Below are positions 14,183-25,329 of a DNA stretch of 40,104 nt, piece after piece; position 1 is the first letter of the stretch, and the number at the start of each line of letters is the position of its first letter. The stretch lies in the NCBI GenBank assembly GCA_036443455.1, contig JAZFYI010000051.1, forward strand, positions 1 to 40,104. The letters run 5' to 3'. The stretch is from Gammaproteobacteria bacterium. GTDB taxonomy: Bacteria; Pseudomonadota; Gammaproteobacteria; Steroidobacterales; MnTg04. A program made the position numbers and the translations under genes. The notes under the pieces were generated by a model. That model saw only the letters and a list, made by a program, of their open reading frames with translations, was not told where the DNA came from and made no database searches.

Positions 14183-14941
14183 ATGCTGGAACAGATTGAT
14201 CACGACGATATTCGGGAAATCCGCCTGGCGCGGCCGCCGGTCAACGCGATCGATGCGCCGCTGATGCTGGCGATTCACGCCGCGCTGCAGAAAGCAGCCG
14301 ATGACGAGGTGTCGGGCGTCGTGCTGTCCGGGCGTCCGGGCTTGTTTTCGGCGGGGCTCGACATTCCATCCCTGTTGCAACTGGATCGGGACGAGATCTC
14401 GGAATTCTGGCGGAGTTTTTTTCGCGTCCTGCAAACGCTGGCGGCTTTTCCGGTACCGGTTTTTGCGGCGATCGGCGGCCACAACCCGGCGGGTGGTACG
14501 GTATTCGCGATTTTCTGCGACCGGCGCATCGCCGCCAACGGCGATTTTCGCATGGGGCTCAATGAGGTGGCGGTCGGGCTCGCCCTGCCGCCGTTGATTT
14601 TTTATGCCTATCGTTTGCTGCTCGGCCAGCGGGAGGCGGAAAGGCTGGCGGTGGTCGGCGAAATGATCAGCTCCGCCGATGCGCTCGCCTGCGGGCTGGT
14701 CGATGAGCTCGTCGAACCCGACGACGTGGTGACGGCTGCGCTCGACAGGTTGCGCGCGGTGCTCGGTGTACCCAGGCGCGCGATGCTGGTCACTCGCAGG
14801 ATCGCCCGGCAGCCATTGATGGATATTTTCGATCAGCTTGACGAGGGCATGGTCGAGGCGATCACCGATGGCTGGTTCAGCGAGGAAACCCAGGCGGTTC
14901 TTGGTCAGCTGGTCGAGTCGCTGGCCAGTAAGAAAGCTTAA
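14183..14941 (+). CDS. Enoyl-CoA hydratase/isomerase family protein (delta3,delta2-isomerase-like)
   Basis: RPPVNA, FSAGLD, PAGG, MGLNEV and GLVDE crotonase motifs; AGGAG SD upstream. Confidence 0.9.
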   Translation: MLEQIDHDDIREIRLARPPVNAIDAPLMLAIHAALQKAADDEVSGVVLSGRPGLFSAGLDIPSLLQLDRDEISEFWRSFFRVLQTLAAFPVPVFAAIGGHNPAGGTVFAIFCDRRIAANGDFRMGLNEVAVGLALPPLIFYAYRLLLGQREAERLAVVGEMISSADALACGLVDELVEPDDVVTAALDRLRAVLGVPRRAMLVTRRIARQPLMDIFDQLDEGMVEAITDGWFSEETQAVLGQLVESLASKKA

Positions 14942-14944
14942 GCT

Positions 14945-15066
14945 GCGGTCGCGTTGAGATTGGGGTGCCGCGGGCCACTGTTTTACTCACTGCTAGATGA
15001 ACTGCGTTCCGAAAGGAGCTGTGAGTAAAACAGCGTCCCGCGACAATGCTGTGAGATCGCGGCCGT
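14945..15066. repeat. Long nested inverted repeat between convergent genes
   Basis: ctgttttactcac (14978-14990) / gtgagtaaaacag (15021-15033) perfect; flanking cgcggg/cccgcg, attg/caat and gcggtcgcg/cgcggccgt. Confidence 0.75.
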
Positions 15067-15089
15067 GCCAAGCGTTACGCTTCGGTGGC

Positions 15090-15617
15090 TTATTTCAGTA
15101 GTACGTAAACTGCGCCGCTGCCGCCGTGGGCTGGCAGCGTCGTGGCATAGGCAAGCACTTCGGCCCGGTGGCGCAGGTAACTGGCAACAAGCGGTTTGAT
15201 CACCGGGCCGGCGGGGCCGGAGCCGAGTCCCTTGCCGTGGACCACGCGCACGCAGCGCGAACCCGTGGCGAGGCTTTCGTCGATAAATTCCACCAGCAGG
15301 TGTTTTGCCTGCTCGGCGTTCAGCCCGTGCAAATCGCATTCGTTTTCGATCGCGTACTGGCCGCGGCGCAGTTTGCGCATGACTTTGGCCGGCAAGCCGG
15401 GGCGGGCATAGATCATTTCTTCGCCGGTCTGTATTTCGCCGGGCAACGGTGAACCGCTGAGGCTTTGGCGCATGACTTCTGCGTTGTCGCGGCGGGTGAA
15501 CCTGGCCGTCGCTTTGGGTTTTGCTGCGTCGAGTTCGGCACGCGGCCGGCCCGTCAATTGACGCACATCCTGCATCGCTTTGCGAAACCGGGATTTTTCG
15601 TCGTCATGTGTGCTCAT
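15090..15617 (-). CDS. Smr/MutS2 C-terminal domain endonuclease (SmrA/SmrB-like)
   Basis: LRRGQY, DLHGL, VVHGKG and GGSGAVYVLL motifs; start taken at MSTHDDEK. Confidence 0.9.
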   Translation of the reverse strand: MSTHDDEKSRFRKAMQDVRQLTGRPRAELDAAKPKATARFTRRDNAEVMRQSLSGSPLPGEIQTGEEMIYARPGLPAKVMRKLRRGQYAIENECDLHGLNAEQAKHLLVEFIDESLATGSRCVRVVHGKGLGSGPAGPVIKPLVASYLRHRAEVLAYATTLPAHGGSGAVYVLLK

Positions 15618-15777
15618 CGTGTCACCCGGAAGTGCTGTGCCCGCACTGGCGTCATCGGTTCGCGCTCGGCGGCGGTTTATAGTTGGCCGTTGTGCTTTCC
15701 AGTATAGTAGGCAGCCGATGAACATGACCATACGCAACCTGCGTTTGTCGTACTGAAACCGCAAAGGGACGCGCGGC

Positions 15778-16527
15778 TTGAATATTCTTCTGAGCAATGA
15801 CGATGGTTACCTGGCGCCGGGATTGCGTTGCCTGGCGGAGGCTATCGCCGATCTGGCCGAGGTCACCATCGTCGCACCCGATCGCAATCGCAGCGGCGCC
15901 AGCAATTCGCTGACGCTCGATATGCCGCTGCGGGTCCACCGGGCGGGGCCTGGTGTTTTCTATGTCGAGGGGACGCCAACCGATTGTGTGCACCTGGCGA
16001 TCACGGGTTTGCTCGATACCGAGCCGGACATGGTCATTTCGGGGATCAACGATGGCGCCAACCTCGGTGACGATGTGCTGTATTCGGGCACCGTCGCCGC
16101 GGCCATGGAAGGGCGTTTCCTCGGCCTGCCGACCATGGCTTTGTCGCTGGTCGGCGGCAGCAGCCGCTTGTTCGAGACCGCTGCGCGGGTCGCCAGGGAT
16201 TTACTGATTCGCCTGACCGAGAATCCGTTGCCATCCGATACCATATTGAATATCAATGTCCCCGATCTGGCCTATGAAGAAATATCCTCCTTGGTGGTGA
16301 CCCGCCTGGGCTATCGGCATCGCGCCGAACCGGTGATTCGAAGCGAGGATCCGAAAGGCAATGAAATCTTCTGGGTCGGGCCACCCGGTACCGGTCAGGA
16401 CGCCGGTCCGGGTACGGATTTTTTTGCGGTCGCCGAAGGCCGGGTTTCGATCACGCCGTTGCAGGTAGATCTGACCCGGCACGCGGATCTCGACAAGCTG
16501 AGTCAGTGGCTGGAACAAACGCCGTGA
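15778..16527 (+). CDS. surE: 5'/3'-nucleotidase SurE
   Basis: [25 protein letters not shown] and YSGTVAAA motifs; TTG start. Confidence 0.97.
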   Translation: MNILLSNDDGYLAPGLRCLAEAIADLAEVTIVAPDRNRSGASNSLTLDMPLRVHRAGPGVFYVEGTPTDCVHLAITGLLDTEPDMVISGINDGANLGDDVLYSGTVAAAMEGRFLGLPTMALSLVGGSSRLFETAARVARDLLIRLTENPLPSDTILNINVPDLAYEEISSLVVTRLGYRHRAEPVIRSEDPKGNEIFWVGPPGTGQDAGPGTDFFAVAEGRVSITPLQVDLTRHADLDKLSQWLEQTP

Positions 16528-17192
16528 GCTGGCGTAATGTCAGCGGGATCGGCATGACCTCGGCGCGGACCAGGGACCGGTTGGTCAAACGGTTGCAGGC
16601 GGGGGGTATTGGCAACCCGGAGGTCCTCGAAAGAATACGCAATGTACCGCGGCATTTGTTTGTCGACGAGGCGCTTGCCAGCCGCGCTTACGAAGACACT
16701 GCATTACCCATAGGCCACGGCCAGACGATTTCGCAACCTTATGTGGTCGCGCGCATGACCGAGGCGCTGATCAGCGGGGGGCCGTTGCGGAAAATTCTTG
16801 AGGTCGGCACGGGCTGTGGATACCAGACGACGGTCCTGGCGCCCCTGGTCGGGAAGATTTACAGCATCGAAAGGCTCGCGCCGTTGTTGCAAAGGGCGCG
16901 ACAAACCTTGTTTGAGCTGGGTATTAAGAACGTACGCTTCAAGCACGGCGATGGCTGGCAAGGATGGCCGGAGGAGGCGCCGTTCGATGGAATCCTGGTC
17001 GCGGCGGCGCCGGCAACCATTCCGCAGGACCTGGTAGACCAGCTGGCGGTCGATGGCCGCCTGATTATCCCGGTCGGTGGCCGGGGTGGGCAGGAGTTGC
17101 TGCAGTTGACCCGGCGCAAGGACGGCACGATCCACAGGGAGTCCCTTTGCCTGGTGAGCTTCGTGCCCTTGCTGGAAGGTAAGATTCGGTGA
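16524..17192 (+). CDS. pcm: Protein-L-isoaspartate O-methyltransferase
   Basis: [27 protein letters not shown] and APFDGI motifs. Confidence 0.96.
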   Translation: MSWRNVSGIGMTSARTRDRLVKRLQAGGIGNPEVLERIRNVPRHLFVDEALASRAYEDTALPIGHGQTISQPYVVARMTEALISGGPLRKILEVGTGCGYQTTVLAPLVGKIYSIERLAPLLQRARQTLFELGIKNVRFKHGDGWQGWPEEAPFDGILVAAAPATIPQDLVDQLAVDGRLIIPVGGRGGQELLQLTRRKDGTIHRESLCLVSFVPLLEGKIR

Positions 17193-17764
17193 GCCTGTTT
17201 GGGCCGATTTATGATCGCGTCCTGCGCTGGTCGCGTCATGATGCCGCGCCGTGGTACCTGGCCGGTCTGAGTTTCGCCGAGTCGTCTTTTTTCCCCATAC
17301 CACCCGATGTGATGCTCGCGCCGATGAGCCTGGCCCGGCCGGATCGTGCGTTGCGTTTCGCCCTGATCACCTCGCTGGCGTCGGTGGCCGGCGGCCTGGC
17401 CGGTTATGCGATCGGTTATTACGCACTGGACCTGGCGGAACCGCTGCTCAAGGACCTGGGGTACTGGGATAATTACCAGACCGTGCGTGACTGGTTTGAA
17501 CAATGGGGGTTCTGGGCGGTCTTTATAGCCGGGTTTTCACCGATTCCCTACAAGCTCTTTACCATTGCCGCCGGGGCAACGGGAATGCCGCTGGCCGGTT
17601 TCGTCGTGGCATCGGTGACCGGCCGCAGTAGCCGGTTTTTTCTGGTCGCCGGTCTGATCCGCTGGGGCGGGCCCGCGATGGAACACCGGCTGCGACGACA
17701 CATCGATACCATAGGATGGACATGCGTGGCATTGCTGGCAGCGGCGTTTTTCTATTTTCGATGA
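17189..17764 (+). CDS. yqaA: YqaA/DedA (VTT domain) membrane protein
   Basis: SFAESSFFPIPPD and GFSPIPYK motifs; pcm-yqaA-nlpD synteny. Confidence 0.88.
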   Translation: MSLFGPIYDRVLRWSRHDAAPWYLAGLSFAESSFFPIPPDVMLAPMSLARPDRALRFALITSLASVAGGLAGYAIGYYALDLAEPLLKDLGYWDNYQTVRDWFEQWGFWAVFIAGFSPIPYKLFTIAAGATGMPLAGFVVASVTGRSSRFFLVAGLIRWGGPAMEHRLRRHIDTIGWTCVALLAAAFFYFR

Positions 17765-18462
17765 AAAGCCGACGGATCGTCTTTTTGCTGATCGCCGGGC
17801 TGTTTTTTGCCGAGTTGTCAGGCTGTGCCGGCCAGCAACGGCGGGAGCGCGACAGCTACACGGTCCGGGTCGGCGACACGGTTTACGGGATCGCCTGGCG
17901 GTACGGACTGGATTACCGGGAGCTGGCGCTATGGAACCGCCTTGGCGGCGGCTACAGTATATTCCCGGGGCAGGTCCTGGTCCTCAGGCAGCCACCGGGC
18001 AGTGCGCTGGCCGGCACGGCAAAAAGGCGGTCGCCGGTGCGCGCAAAGGAACGAGCTCCGCCACCCAAAAAGCCACCGCCGGCAGCTTCCAGGCTCGACT
18101 GGCTGTGGCCCGTCAAAGGCAGGATCCTGTCCAGTTTTGGCGCCGCCGGTGCAATCGGCAAGGGCGTCGATATCGCCGGCACGGATCGGGCGCCGGTGCG
18201 AGCGGCCGCTGAAGGTCGTGTGGTCTACTCGGGCAGTGGACTTATAGGATACGGCCAGCTTATTATCATCAAGCATAACAACACCTTTCTCAGCGCATAC
18301 GGATATAACTCGGAGTTGCTCGTTTCGCAGGGTGACAAAGTCAGCAAGGGACAGCAGATTGCCCGCATGGGGAAAGGCCCAGGCAAGCGCCCGATGCTGC
18401 ATTTCGAGATTCGGATCGATGGAAAACCGGTCGATCCGATAAGATACTTGCCAACTCGTTAG
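17761..18462 (+). CDS. nlpD: LysM/M23 lipoprotein NlpD
   Basis: Lipobox LSGC, LysM domain ([11 protein letters not shown]), M23 domain ([16 protein letters not shown]); upstream of rpoS. Confidence 0.9.
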   Translation: MKSRRIVFLLIAGLFFAELSGCAGQQRRERDSYTVRVGDTVYGIAWRYGLDYRELALWNRLGGGYSIFPGQVLVLRQPPGSALAGTAKRRSPVRAKERAPPPKKPPPAASRLDWLWPVKGRILSSFGAAGAIGKGVDIAGTDRAPVRAAAEGRVVYSGSGLIGYGQLIIIKHNNTFLSAYGYNSELLVSQGDKVSKGQQIARMGKGPGKRPMLHFEIRIDGKPVDPIRYLPTR

Positions 18463-18509
18463 CGGCCGGCCGCAAGGCACCATGGCGTGCCGCCTGGGGT
18501 AAAACCTGG

Positions 18510-19511
18510 GTGGGGATAGTGGCGAGAAAAAGCATCAGACCGGCGGCGAACCCGCGTCGCGGCAGAACTGCACTGACCACGCCGACCGGAGGTGTGCCGC
18601 TGCGCACGGCCGGTGCGATTGGCCGGGAAAAAGCGCGGGCGGCCGGGCGGCTACCCGCAAAAGTCATGACCCGGTCCCAGCAGGACGCGACTCGCTTGTA
18701 TCTGAGCGAGATCGGCTATTCCCCGCTACTGACTGCCAGGGAAGAAGTATTTTTTGGCCGCCGTGTCCTGCGCGGTGACGAAGCCGCCCGCAAGCGCATG
18801 ATCGAAAGCAATCTGCGCCTGGTGGTCAGGATTTCCCGACGATATCTCAATCGGGGTTTGCCACTGCTGGACCTGATCGAGGAAGGCAATCTCGGGCTCA
18901 TGCACGCGGTCGGCAAGTTCGATCCGGAGAAGGGCTTTCGTTTTTCCACTTATGCGACCTGGTGGATTCGGCAAACCATCGAACGAGCGCTGATGAACCA
19001 GACCCGGACCATTCGCCTGCCCATACATATCGTCAAGCAGATCAACAGTTGTCTGCGGGCTTCCCACCGGCTTGCCCAGGACCTCGACCGGTCGCCGACC
19101 ATTGCTGAGATCGCCGACTCGGTGGACAAAGAACACGCGGATGTCGAACGGGTGCTGGAGCTCAATGAAAATATCTGTGCATCCAGCCTGCCATCGACAA
19201 ACGGCGGCGAGCGATGTTTGCTCGAGCGTATACCCGACAGCACGGAGAAAATCGACCCGTCCGCCGGCGTGCAGCAACAGAATGTTCATGATGTGCTGGA
19301 ACACTGGCTGGAATGCCTGAACGACAAGCAACTGGCGGTCGTCGAAAGGCGCTTCGGCCTGCATGGTTACGAGCGCGCGACGCTGGAAAAAGTCGGTGCG
19401 GAGATCGGCGTGACCCGGGAGCGGGCGAGGCAGATCCAGATGGATGCGCTGGCGACGCTGCGCAAAGCCATGGAGTCAGAAGGGATCGGCAGCGAAGCCG
19501 TGTTCGACTAG
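18510..19511 (+). CDS. rpoS: RNA polymerase sigma factor RpoS (start uncertain; ATG at 18666 is an alternative)
   Basis: [39 protein letters not shown] and TRERARQIQ motifs; nlpD-rpoS synteny. Confidence 0.92.
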   Translation: MGIVARKSIRPAANPRRGRTALTTPTGGVPLRTAGAIGREKARAAGRLPAKVMTRSQQDATRLYLSEIGYSPLLTAREEVFFGRRVLRGDEAARKRMIESNLRLVVRISRRYLNRGLPLLDLIEEGNLGLMHAVGKFDPEKGFRFSTYATWWIRQTIERALMNQTRTIRLPIHIVKQINSCLRASHRLAQDLDRSPTIAEIADSVDKEHADVERVLELNENICASSLPSTNGGERCLLERIPDSTEKIDPSAGVQQQNVHDVLEHWLECLNDKQLAVVERRFGLHGYERATLEKVGAEIGVTRERARQIQMDALATLRKAMESEGIGSEAVFD

Positions 19512-19541
19512 GGAACCGGTAACGTTGGGCCAAACCGGCTC

Positions 19542-19907
19542 CTATGCCAGCAACGCGGCGACTACGCTGCGATTTTCACAGGCCAGGATATTGTACGTGC
19601 GACAGGCCGCGCCGCTGTCCATGATTTCAAGTCCGATACCCCGGGCGCCAAGATCGGCAATCAACCGTTGCGGGGGTTGAATGCGCACCGGGCCGCACCC
19701 GAGCAGGAGAACCTCGGGCCGATCCGCCAGCGCCGGTTCCAGTTGCGCCAGGTCCAGGGTTTCAATGCTGTCGGCGAGCCACGCCTGCACGCGTTGCCGG
19801 CTGATCAACAGCGGGCAGTCATAGTATTGGTCGCGGACCCGGATACGGCCGTGCTCGTATGAGCGAATCAGCAAACCTTCGCCGGCATTGTCGCGCACGA
19901 TCTTCAA
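19542..19907 (-). CDS. Mth938-like / DUF498 (NDUFAF3-like) protein
   Basis: PEVLLLGCG and GIGLEIMDSGAACRTYNIL..E.R.V motifs. Confidence 0.88.
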   Translation of the reverse strand: MKIVRDNAGEGLLIRSYEHGRIRVRDQYYDCPLLISRQRVQAWLADSIETLDLAQLEPALADRPEVLLLGCGPVRIQPPQRLIADLGARGIGLEIMDSGAACRTYNILACENRSVVAALLA

Positions 19908-19980
19908 TCGATGCTACCTCTGCTATGCTCCGTTCGCCGTTTGCAGCAGGATTATTTTATCCAATGCAGGTCAAAATGTA

Positions 19981-21672
19981 ATGGAGATTCGTAACAGGCC
20001 GCTTGCCGTCGAGGATTTTCTGCCGGCGGACATGCATCCGGTCCTGAAACGTATTTACCTGGGGCGTGGCATTGGCGAGCCACAACAACTGGACCTGTCG
20101 CTGGGCGGCTTGTTGCCGGTCGGAGATCTCGGTAGTACCGGGCAAGCGGTGGACTTGCTGCTTGCGCACCGGCAAAAAAACTCGCTGATCCTGATCGTGG
20201 GCGATTTCGACGCCGATGGCGCGACCTCGACCGCCCTGTTGATGAGAGGGCTGAAGCAACTGGGTTTCGCCAGGCTTAGCTACCTGCTGCCCGACCGGTT
20301 TTTGCTGGGTTATGGTTTGACGCCGGCAATAGTCGAGTTGGCCGGTCAGCAGGATCCGGGTCTGATCATCACCGTGGACAACGGTATCTCGAGCATCGAT
20401 GGCGTTGCCCTGGCAAGAAAAATGGGTATCGATGTGCTGGTCACGGATCATCACCTGCCGGGGCCGGAGTTGCCGGATGCCAATGTCATTCTCAACCCCA
20501 ACCTGCGGGGAGAAAAATTCAGCGGCAAGTCACTGGCGGGTGTCGGCGTCGCGTTCTATTTGCTGGCCGCCTGCGAACGGCGGCTGGACTCGGGCAGCGC
20601 CGTCGCGGCCGGTCTGCTCGACCTGGTGGCGCTGGGCACGGTCGCCGATGTGGTCGCGCTGGAGCGGAACAACCGTATCCTGATCGAGCAGGGCTTGCGG
20701 CGGATCAGGGCCGGTCGCTGTTGCGCGGGGATTACCGCGTTGCTGGAAGTGGCAGGCAAACACCCGGCCCGCGCCCGGGCCGGCGATCTCGGTTTTGCGG
20801 TGGGACCGCGGCTCAATGCCGCCGGCCGGCTGGATGACATGACGATCGGCGTGGAATGTTTGCTGGCGGAGCAGTTGCCGGCCGCCCGCATAATTGCGGC
20901 CCGCCTGGATGCATTGAATCGGGAGCGGCGCGAGCTGGAAAAAAAGATGGCGACCGAAGCGCTGGCCATCGTCGATGCGCTGGTCCTGGAGCAAAGCAGT
21001 GAGCTCCCCTGGGGAATGTGCCTGTTCGATCCCGGCTGGCACCAGGGAGTGGTCGGCCTGGTCGCGTCGCGCGTCCGCGAGAAATTCAGCCGGCCGGTGG
21101 TCGCCTTCGCCCCGGGCCAGGGCGATGAACTGAAAGGCTCGGCGCGCTCGGTGCCGGGCCTGCACATACGCGACGCACTCGATGAAATAGCGACCCGTCA
21201 TCCGGGATTGCTCGGCAAGTTCGGTGGTCATGCGATGGCCGCCGGTCTCAGCCTGGAGAGTGACCGCTTTGCGTTGTTCGCGGAGGCATTCGATGAGGCG
21301 GTCAGGCGAAAACTCAGGATCGAGGACCTGCAGGCTTTCCACTTCAGCGACGGGCAGCTGGCTGCAGGGGATCTCGATCTGAGCCTGGCGGAACTGATGG
21401 CGGATGCCGGACCGTGGGGCCAGGGTTTCCCGGAGCCACAGTTCGACGGTGAATTCGAGCTCATCGAGCAGCGCGTTGTCGGCGGCTCACACCTGAAACT
21501 CAGGCTGCGCGCAGCCGATGGCGGGCAAGCGCTGGGCGGCATCGCGTTCCGCCAGTCCTTGCCCGACAATGCCGGCGATCGCGTGCGCCTGGTTTACCGG
21601 CTCGAGGTCAATGAGTTTCGCGGTCGCCGCGAAGCCCAGCTCAACGTGATCCAGATGGAAGCTCTCGAGTGA
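19981..21672 (+). CDS. recJ: Single-stranded-DNA-specific exonuclease RecJ
   Basis: GDFDADG, TVDNG, TDHH, GTVADV, PRLNAAGR and GGHAMAAG motifs; ATG at 19981 chosen as start. Confidence 0.97.
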   Translation: MEIRNRPLAVEDFLPADMHPVLKRIYLGRGIGEPQQLDLSLGGLLPVGDLGSTGQAVDLLLAHRQKNSLILIVGDFDADGATSTALLMRGLKQLGFARLSYLLPDRFLLGYGLTPAIVELAGQQDPGLIITVDNGISSIDGVALARKMGIDVLVTDHHLPGPELPDANVILNPNLRGEKFSGKSLAGVGVAFYLLAACERRLDSGSAVAAGLLDLVALGTVADVVALERNNRILIEQGLRRIRAGRCCAGITALLEVAGKHPARARAGDLGFAVGPRLNAAGRLDDMTIGVECLLAEQLPAARIIAARLDALNRERRELEKKMATEALAIVDALVLEQSSELPWGMCLFDPGWHQGVVGLVASRVREKFSRPVVAFAPGQGDELKGSARSVPGLHIRDALDEIATRHPGLLGKFGGHAMAAGLSLESDRFALFAEAFDEAVRRKLRIEDLQAFHFSDGQLAAGDLDLSLAELMADAGPWGQGFPEPQFDGEFELIEQRVVGGSHLKLRLRAADGGQALGGIAFRQSLPDNAGDRVRLVYRLEVNEFRGRREAQLNVIQMEALE

Positions 21673-21732
21673 GCGGAGCGCCCGCGCGTGCTAACATTCG
21701 CGCCTTTGAAAACCGAAGAGTTCGCAGCCGCC

Positions 21733-22828
21733 ATGGAAATCAATCCGATCAGGGAACAGATAGCAGACCTCGAGAGCCGCAGCCAGGCTCTGAGGGGGTA
21801 TCTTTGACTACGATGGCAAAGCGGAAAGACTGGAAGAGGTCAGCCGGGAACTGGAAAATTCCGCAATCTGGGACAACCCGGAAAAGGCCCAAAGCCTGGG
21901 CAAAGAGCGCGCCAGGCTGGACGAGATTATCGGTACGCTGGATGCCCTGAGCAGCGGGTTGCGGGATAACCTCGAACTGCTGGAAATGGCGGTTGCCGAA
22001 GACGACGAAGAAACGGTTTCGTCGATCACCGAGGAACTCGGCGAACTGACCCGGCGGCTGGCGGCGATGGAGTTCCAGCGGATGTTTTCCGGGGAGCAAG
22101 ATGCCAGTAACGCCTTCGTGGAAATTCAATCCGGCTCGGGCGGTACGGAGGCCCAGGACTGGGCCAATATGCTGCTGCGGATGTATCTGCGCTGGGGGGA
22201 GGCGCACGATTTCAAGACAGAAATAATCGAGTTGTCCGCGGGTGAGGTTGCCGGCATCAAGAGCGCGACTATTCAGATATCGGGTAACTATGCCTATGGC
22301 TGGTTGCGCACGGAAACCGGTGTCCATCGGCTGGTCAGAAAGTCGCCGTTCGATTCGGGCAATCGCCGGCACACCTCGTTCGCCGCCGTTTTCGTTTCGC
22401 CGGAAATAGACGACGAAATCGAGATCGAGATCAACCCGGCGGATTTGCGCATCGATGTGTACCGGGCGAGCGGGGCCGGCGGTCAGCATGTCAATCGGAC
22501 CGAGTCGGCGGTCCGTATCACTCATCTGCCGACCAACGTCGTCGTTCAGTGCCAGAGCGACCGGTCGCAGCACAAGAACAAGGCGACGGCGATGAAACAG
22601 TTGAAAGCGAAGCTTTATGAACTGGAGATGCAGAAAAAGAACGCGGCTGCGCAAGAACTCGAAGCCGGCAAAGCGGATATAGGCTGGGGCAGCCAGATTC
22701 GTTCCTACGTCCTCGATCAGTCGCGGATAAAAGATTTGCGAACTTTGGTGGAAACAGGAAACACCCAGGCCGTACTCGATGGCGATCTCGACCCGTTCAT
22801 CGAAGCGAGTTTGAAACAGGGACTCTGA
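21733..22828 (+). CDS. prfB: Peptide chain release factor 2 (programmed +1 frameshift after codon 24)
   Basis: MEINPIREQ...RGYL then CTT-TGA-C; the +1 frame contains the SPF tripeptide and GGQ. Confidence 0.97.
21793..21808 (+). promoter_or_regulatory. RF2 autoregulatory +1 frameshift site
   Basis: AGGGGG-TAT-CTT-TGA-C: internal SD followed by the slippery codon and UGA-C. Confidence 0.96.
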
Positions 22829-22843
22829 CAAGGCGTGAAACAG

Positions 22844-24328
22844 ATGACGGAAGAAAACGAACACGAGCTGATCGCCGAGAGACGGCGAAAGTTACAACAA
22901 CTGCGGGAGCAGGGCCCCGCCTATCCGAATGATTTTCGCCGCGATGCGCTGGCCGGCGAGTTGCACGCAAAGTATGGCGAACACGATGATGAAAAACTGA
23001 AGCAGGCAAATATTGAAGTCGCCGTCGCCGGTCGCATGATGGCAAAACGCGTCATGGGCAAGGCCTCTTTTGCCAAGCTGCAGGACCGCAGCGGCCAGAT
23101 CCAGATATTTCTCACCGGCGATGAATTGCCGGATGGCGTCTACCAGGATTTCAAGAGCTGGGATCTCGGCGATATAGTCGCGGCCCGCGGATCTTTGTTC
23201 AGGACCAGGACCGGCGAACTCAGCGTGCGGGCCGTCGAGTTCCGCATACTCGGAAAATGTTTGCGCCCCCTGCCGGAGAAATTTCATGGCCTGCAGGATC
23301 AGGAGACACGCTATCGTCAGCGCTATCTCGACCTGGTCATGAACCCTGGCTCCCGGCAGGTCTTCCAGACCCGCACCCGGGTGGTCTCGCATATTCGCAA
23401 TTTTCTCGATAGCCGGGATTTCATGGAGGTCGAGACGCCGATGATGCAATCGATCCCCGGTGGGGCGGTCGCGCGTCCGTTTGTCACCCATCACAACGCA
23501 CTCGATATGGAGCTGTATCTGCGGATCGCACCCGAGCTTTATCTGAAAAGACTGGTCGTCGGCGGCTTCGAGCGGGTATACGAGGTCAATCGCAATTTCC
23601 GCAACGAGGGGCTTTCGACCCAGCACAACCCGGAATTTACGATGCTCGAGCTATACCAGGCCTATGCCGATTGGGAAGACATCATGGCGCTGACCGAGTC
23701 GCTGATACACAGTCTCGTCGATGCCCTGCATGGCCGGGAGGAGATCAGTTACCAGGGCGAGTCCATCGGGATCGGCAAGCCGTTCCGGCGAATTAGCGTG
23801 GAGCAGGCGGTGACCGGCGAGAATCCGCTGCTCGAATCGAAGACCCGCGACCGCGATGCCCTGGCGGCGCGTTGCGTGGAGCTTGGTCTCGTCGTCGACG
23901 ATGCGGCGGGCGCCGGCAAGCTGCTGTTTGAAATTTTTGACAAAACCGTTGAAGACAAACTGCGACAACCCACATTTGTGACTTCATATCCGGCGGAAGT
24001 CTCTCCTTTGTCACGCTGCGACGATAACGATCCGTTTCTCACGGATCGTTTCGAGTTGTTTATTGCCGGGCGCGAGATCGCCAACGGATTTTCCGAACTC
24101 AACGATCCGGAGGAGCAGGCGGCGAGATTCAAGGCGCAGGTTGCACTCAAGGATGCCGGTGACCACGAGGCGATGTTCTATGACCATGACTATATTCGTG
24201 CGCTTGAGGTTGGCATGCCGCCGGCGGGGGGTCTTGGCATCGGCATCGACCGGCTGGTCATGCTGTTGACCGATTCCGCATCGATTCGCGATGTCGTTTT
24301 GTTTCCGCACATGCGGGCTGAATCCTAG
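22844..24328 (+). CDS. lysS: Lysine--tRNA ligase (class II)
   Basis: [30 protein letters not shown] and GIGIDR motifs; prfB-lysS synteny. Confidence 0.98.
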   Translation: MTEENEHELIAERRRKLQQLREQGPAYPNDFRRDALAGELHAKYGEHDDEKLKQANIEVAVAGRMMAKRVMGKASFAKLQDRSGQIQIFLTGDELPDGVYQDFKSWDLGDIVAARGSLFRTRTGELSVRAVEFRILGKCLRPLPEKFHGLQDQETRYRQRYLDLVMNPGSRQVFQTRTRVVSHIRNFLDSRDFMEVETPMMQSIPGGAVARPFVTHHNALDMELYLRIAPELYLKRLVVGGFERVYEVNRNFRNEGLSTQHNPEFTMLELYQAYADWEDIMALTESLIHSLVDALHGREEISYQGESIGIGKPFRRISVEQAVTGENPLLESKTRDRDALAARCVELGLVVDDAAGAGKLLFEIFDKTVEDKLRQPTFVTSYPAEVSPLSRCDDNDPFLTDRFELFIAGREIANGFSELNDPEEQAARFKAQVALKDAGDHEAMFYDHDYIRALEVGMPPAGGLGIGIDRLVMLLTDSASIRDVVLFPHMRAES

Positions 24329-25230
24329 CCTGGGACGGGGTAAGGAAGATCGAGGGGGATTAACGGCGTGCCGCCGTTGTACAGGTCCGCCTGTCGTTGA
24401 TCGTGTCGGATGACTGCGAGGTATTCCCACGCGGGCTGGTCGTCGCCGGGGGATTTCTGTCGATTCAATATTTCGCCGACTTTTTTTCCATTCGCAACAC
24501 TGACTTCGTCACCGGTGATTTCGGTTGCGCTGCCGAGGCGGCACAGGCGGCGTTTTATTTTTCCGAGGTTCTGGGTGCGGGCGATAATTTCCTGGCCCGC
24601 ATAACAGCCCTTGCTGAAACTGATTGCACCGATCAGGTCGAGGTTCAGCATTTGCGCGGTATAGCGTGCCTGGTTGGCGGTGGTCACTCGCGGTATGCCG
24701 GCGCGGATATCCGCGAGTCGCCACTCCGTTTCCGGCTGCTCGGTCAGGGCGTCATTCAGCAGTTGCCAGTCGGCGCTGTCCGGTGGCCCGCAGGCAAGAA
24801 TCCGTTGCCCGTTGTAGCCGGCGAGCAGCAGTCCGCCGGTGGTGCGGGTCACGCAACCGGGTTGTGGTATCGGCAGGGCCGGCAGCGCCGCGGCGAGATT
24901 CGCTCCACCCAGACCGCACAAGCCGTTAGCGATGCTGAACTCAACCTTGGCGCGCAACACGTATCGCGACATGCGGTCGCGGATATCCTGGACAATCCCG
25001 GTCGGCAGGATCAGGCTGGCCTCGTTTCCTTGCAGCAGGACCAGCGCCACCGCGAGTACCCGGCCGTCTGGCTGGTGATAAGCGGACCACTGGCAGCGGG
25101 TGTCATCCAGCGCATGCATATCGTTGCTGAGCTGGCCTTGCAGAAAGCCGACGGTATCGGCGCCGCTGATCGTCAGGACGCTGGTTCCGGGCAGATTGGC
25201 GCGCCAGTTTGTATTGATTTTCCCATTCAC
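24325..25230 (-). CDS. ygfZ: Folate-binding Fe-S protein YgfZ (start uncertain)
   Basis: FLQGQLSND and [16 protein letters not shown] signature; GTG at 25230 with GGGGA upstream. Confidence 0.9.
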   Translation of the reverse strand: MNGKINTNWRANLPGTSVLTISGADTVGFLQGQLSNDMHALDDTRCQWSAYHQPDGRVLAVALVLLQGNEASLILPTGIVQDIRDRMSRYVLRAKVEFSIANGLCGLGGANLAAALPALPIPQPGCVTRTTGGLLLAGYNGQRILACGPPDSADWQLLNDALTEQPETEWRLADIRAGIPRVTTANQARYTAQMLNLDLIGAISFSKGCYAGQEIIARTQNLGKIKRRLCRLGSATEITGDEVSVANGKKVGEILNRQKSPGDDQPAWEYLAVIRHDQRQADLYNGGTPLIPLDLPYPVPG

Positions 25231-25329
25231 CGATTGTCGATCCCCGATCCTGAACGAGCTAACCATATCATGCTGCCAACGAGCCATTTGCAGGGTGCAA
25301 ACAATATGGCTTTCTGGCAAAATCCGGGC

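Noticed and set aside
14991-15035. Possible hammerhead ribozyme (ctagatga...gaaa)
   Set aside because: The core is not CUGANGA, and the GAAA sits in a tetraloop rather than in the catalytic junction
18240-18310. AT-richer stretch in nlpD as an internal rpoS promoter
   Set aside because: Plausible by analogy with E. coli, but I could not find a convincing -35/-10 pair
21805-21807. In-frame stop suggesting prfB is a pseudogene
   Set aside because: It is the canonical programmed frameshift site
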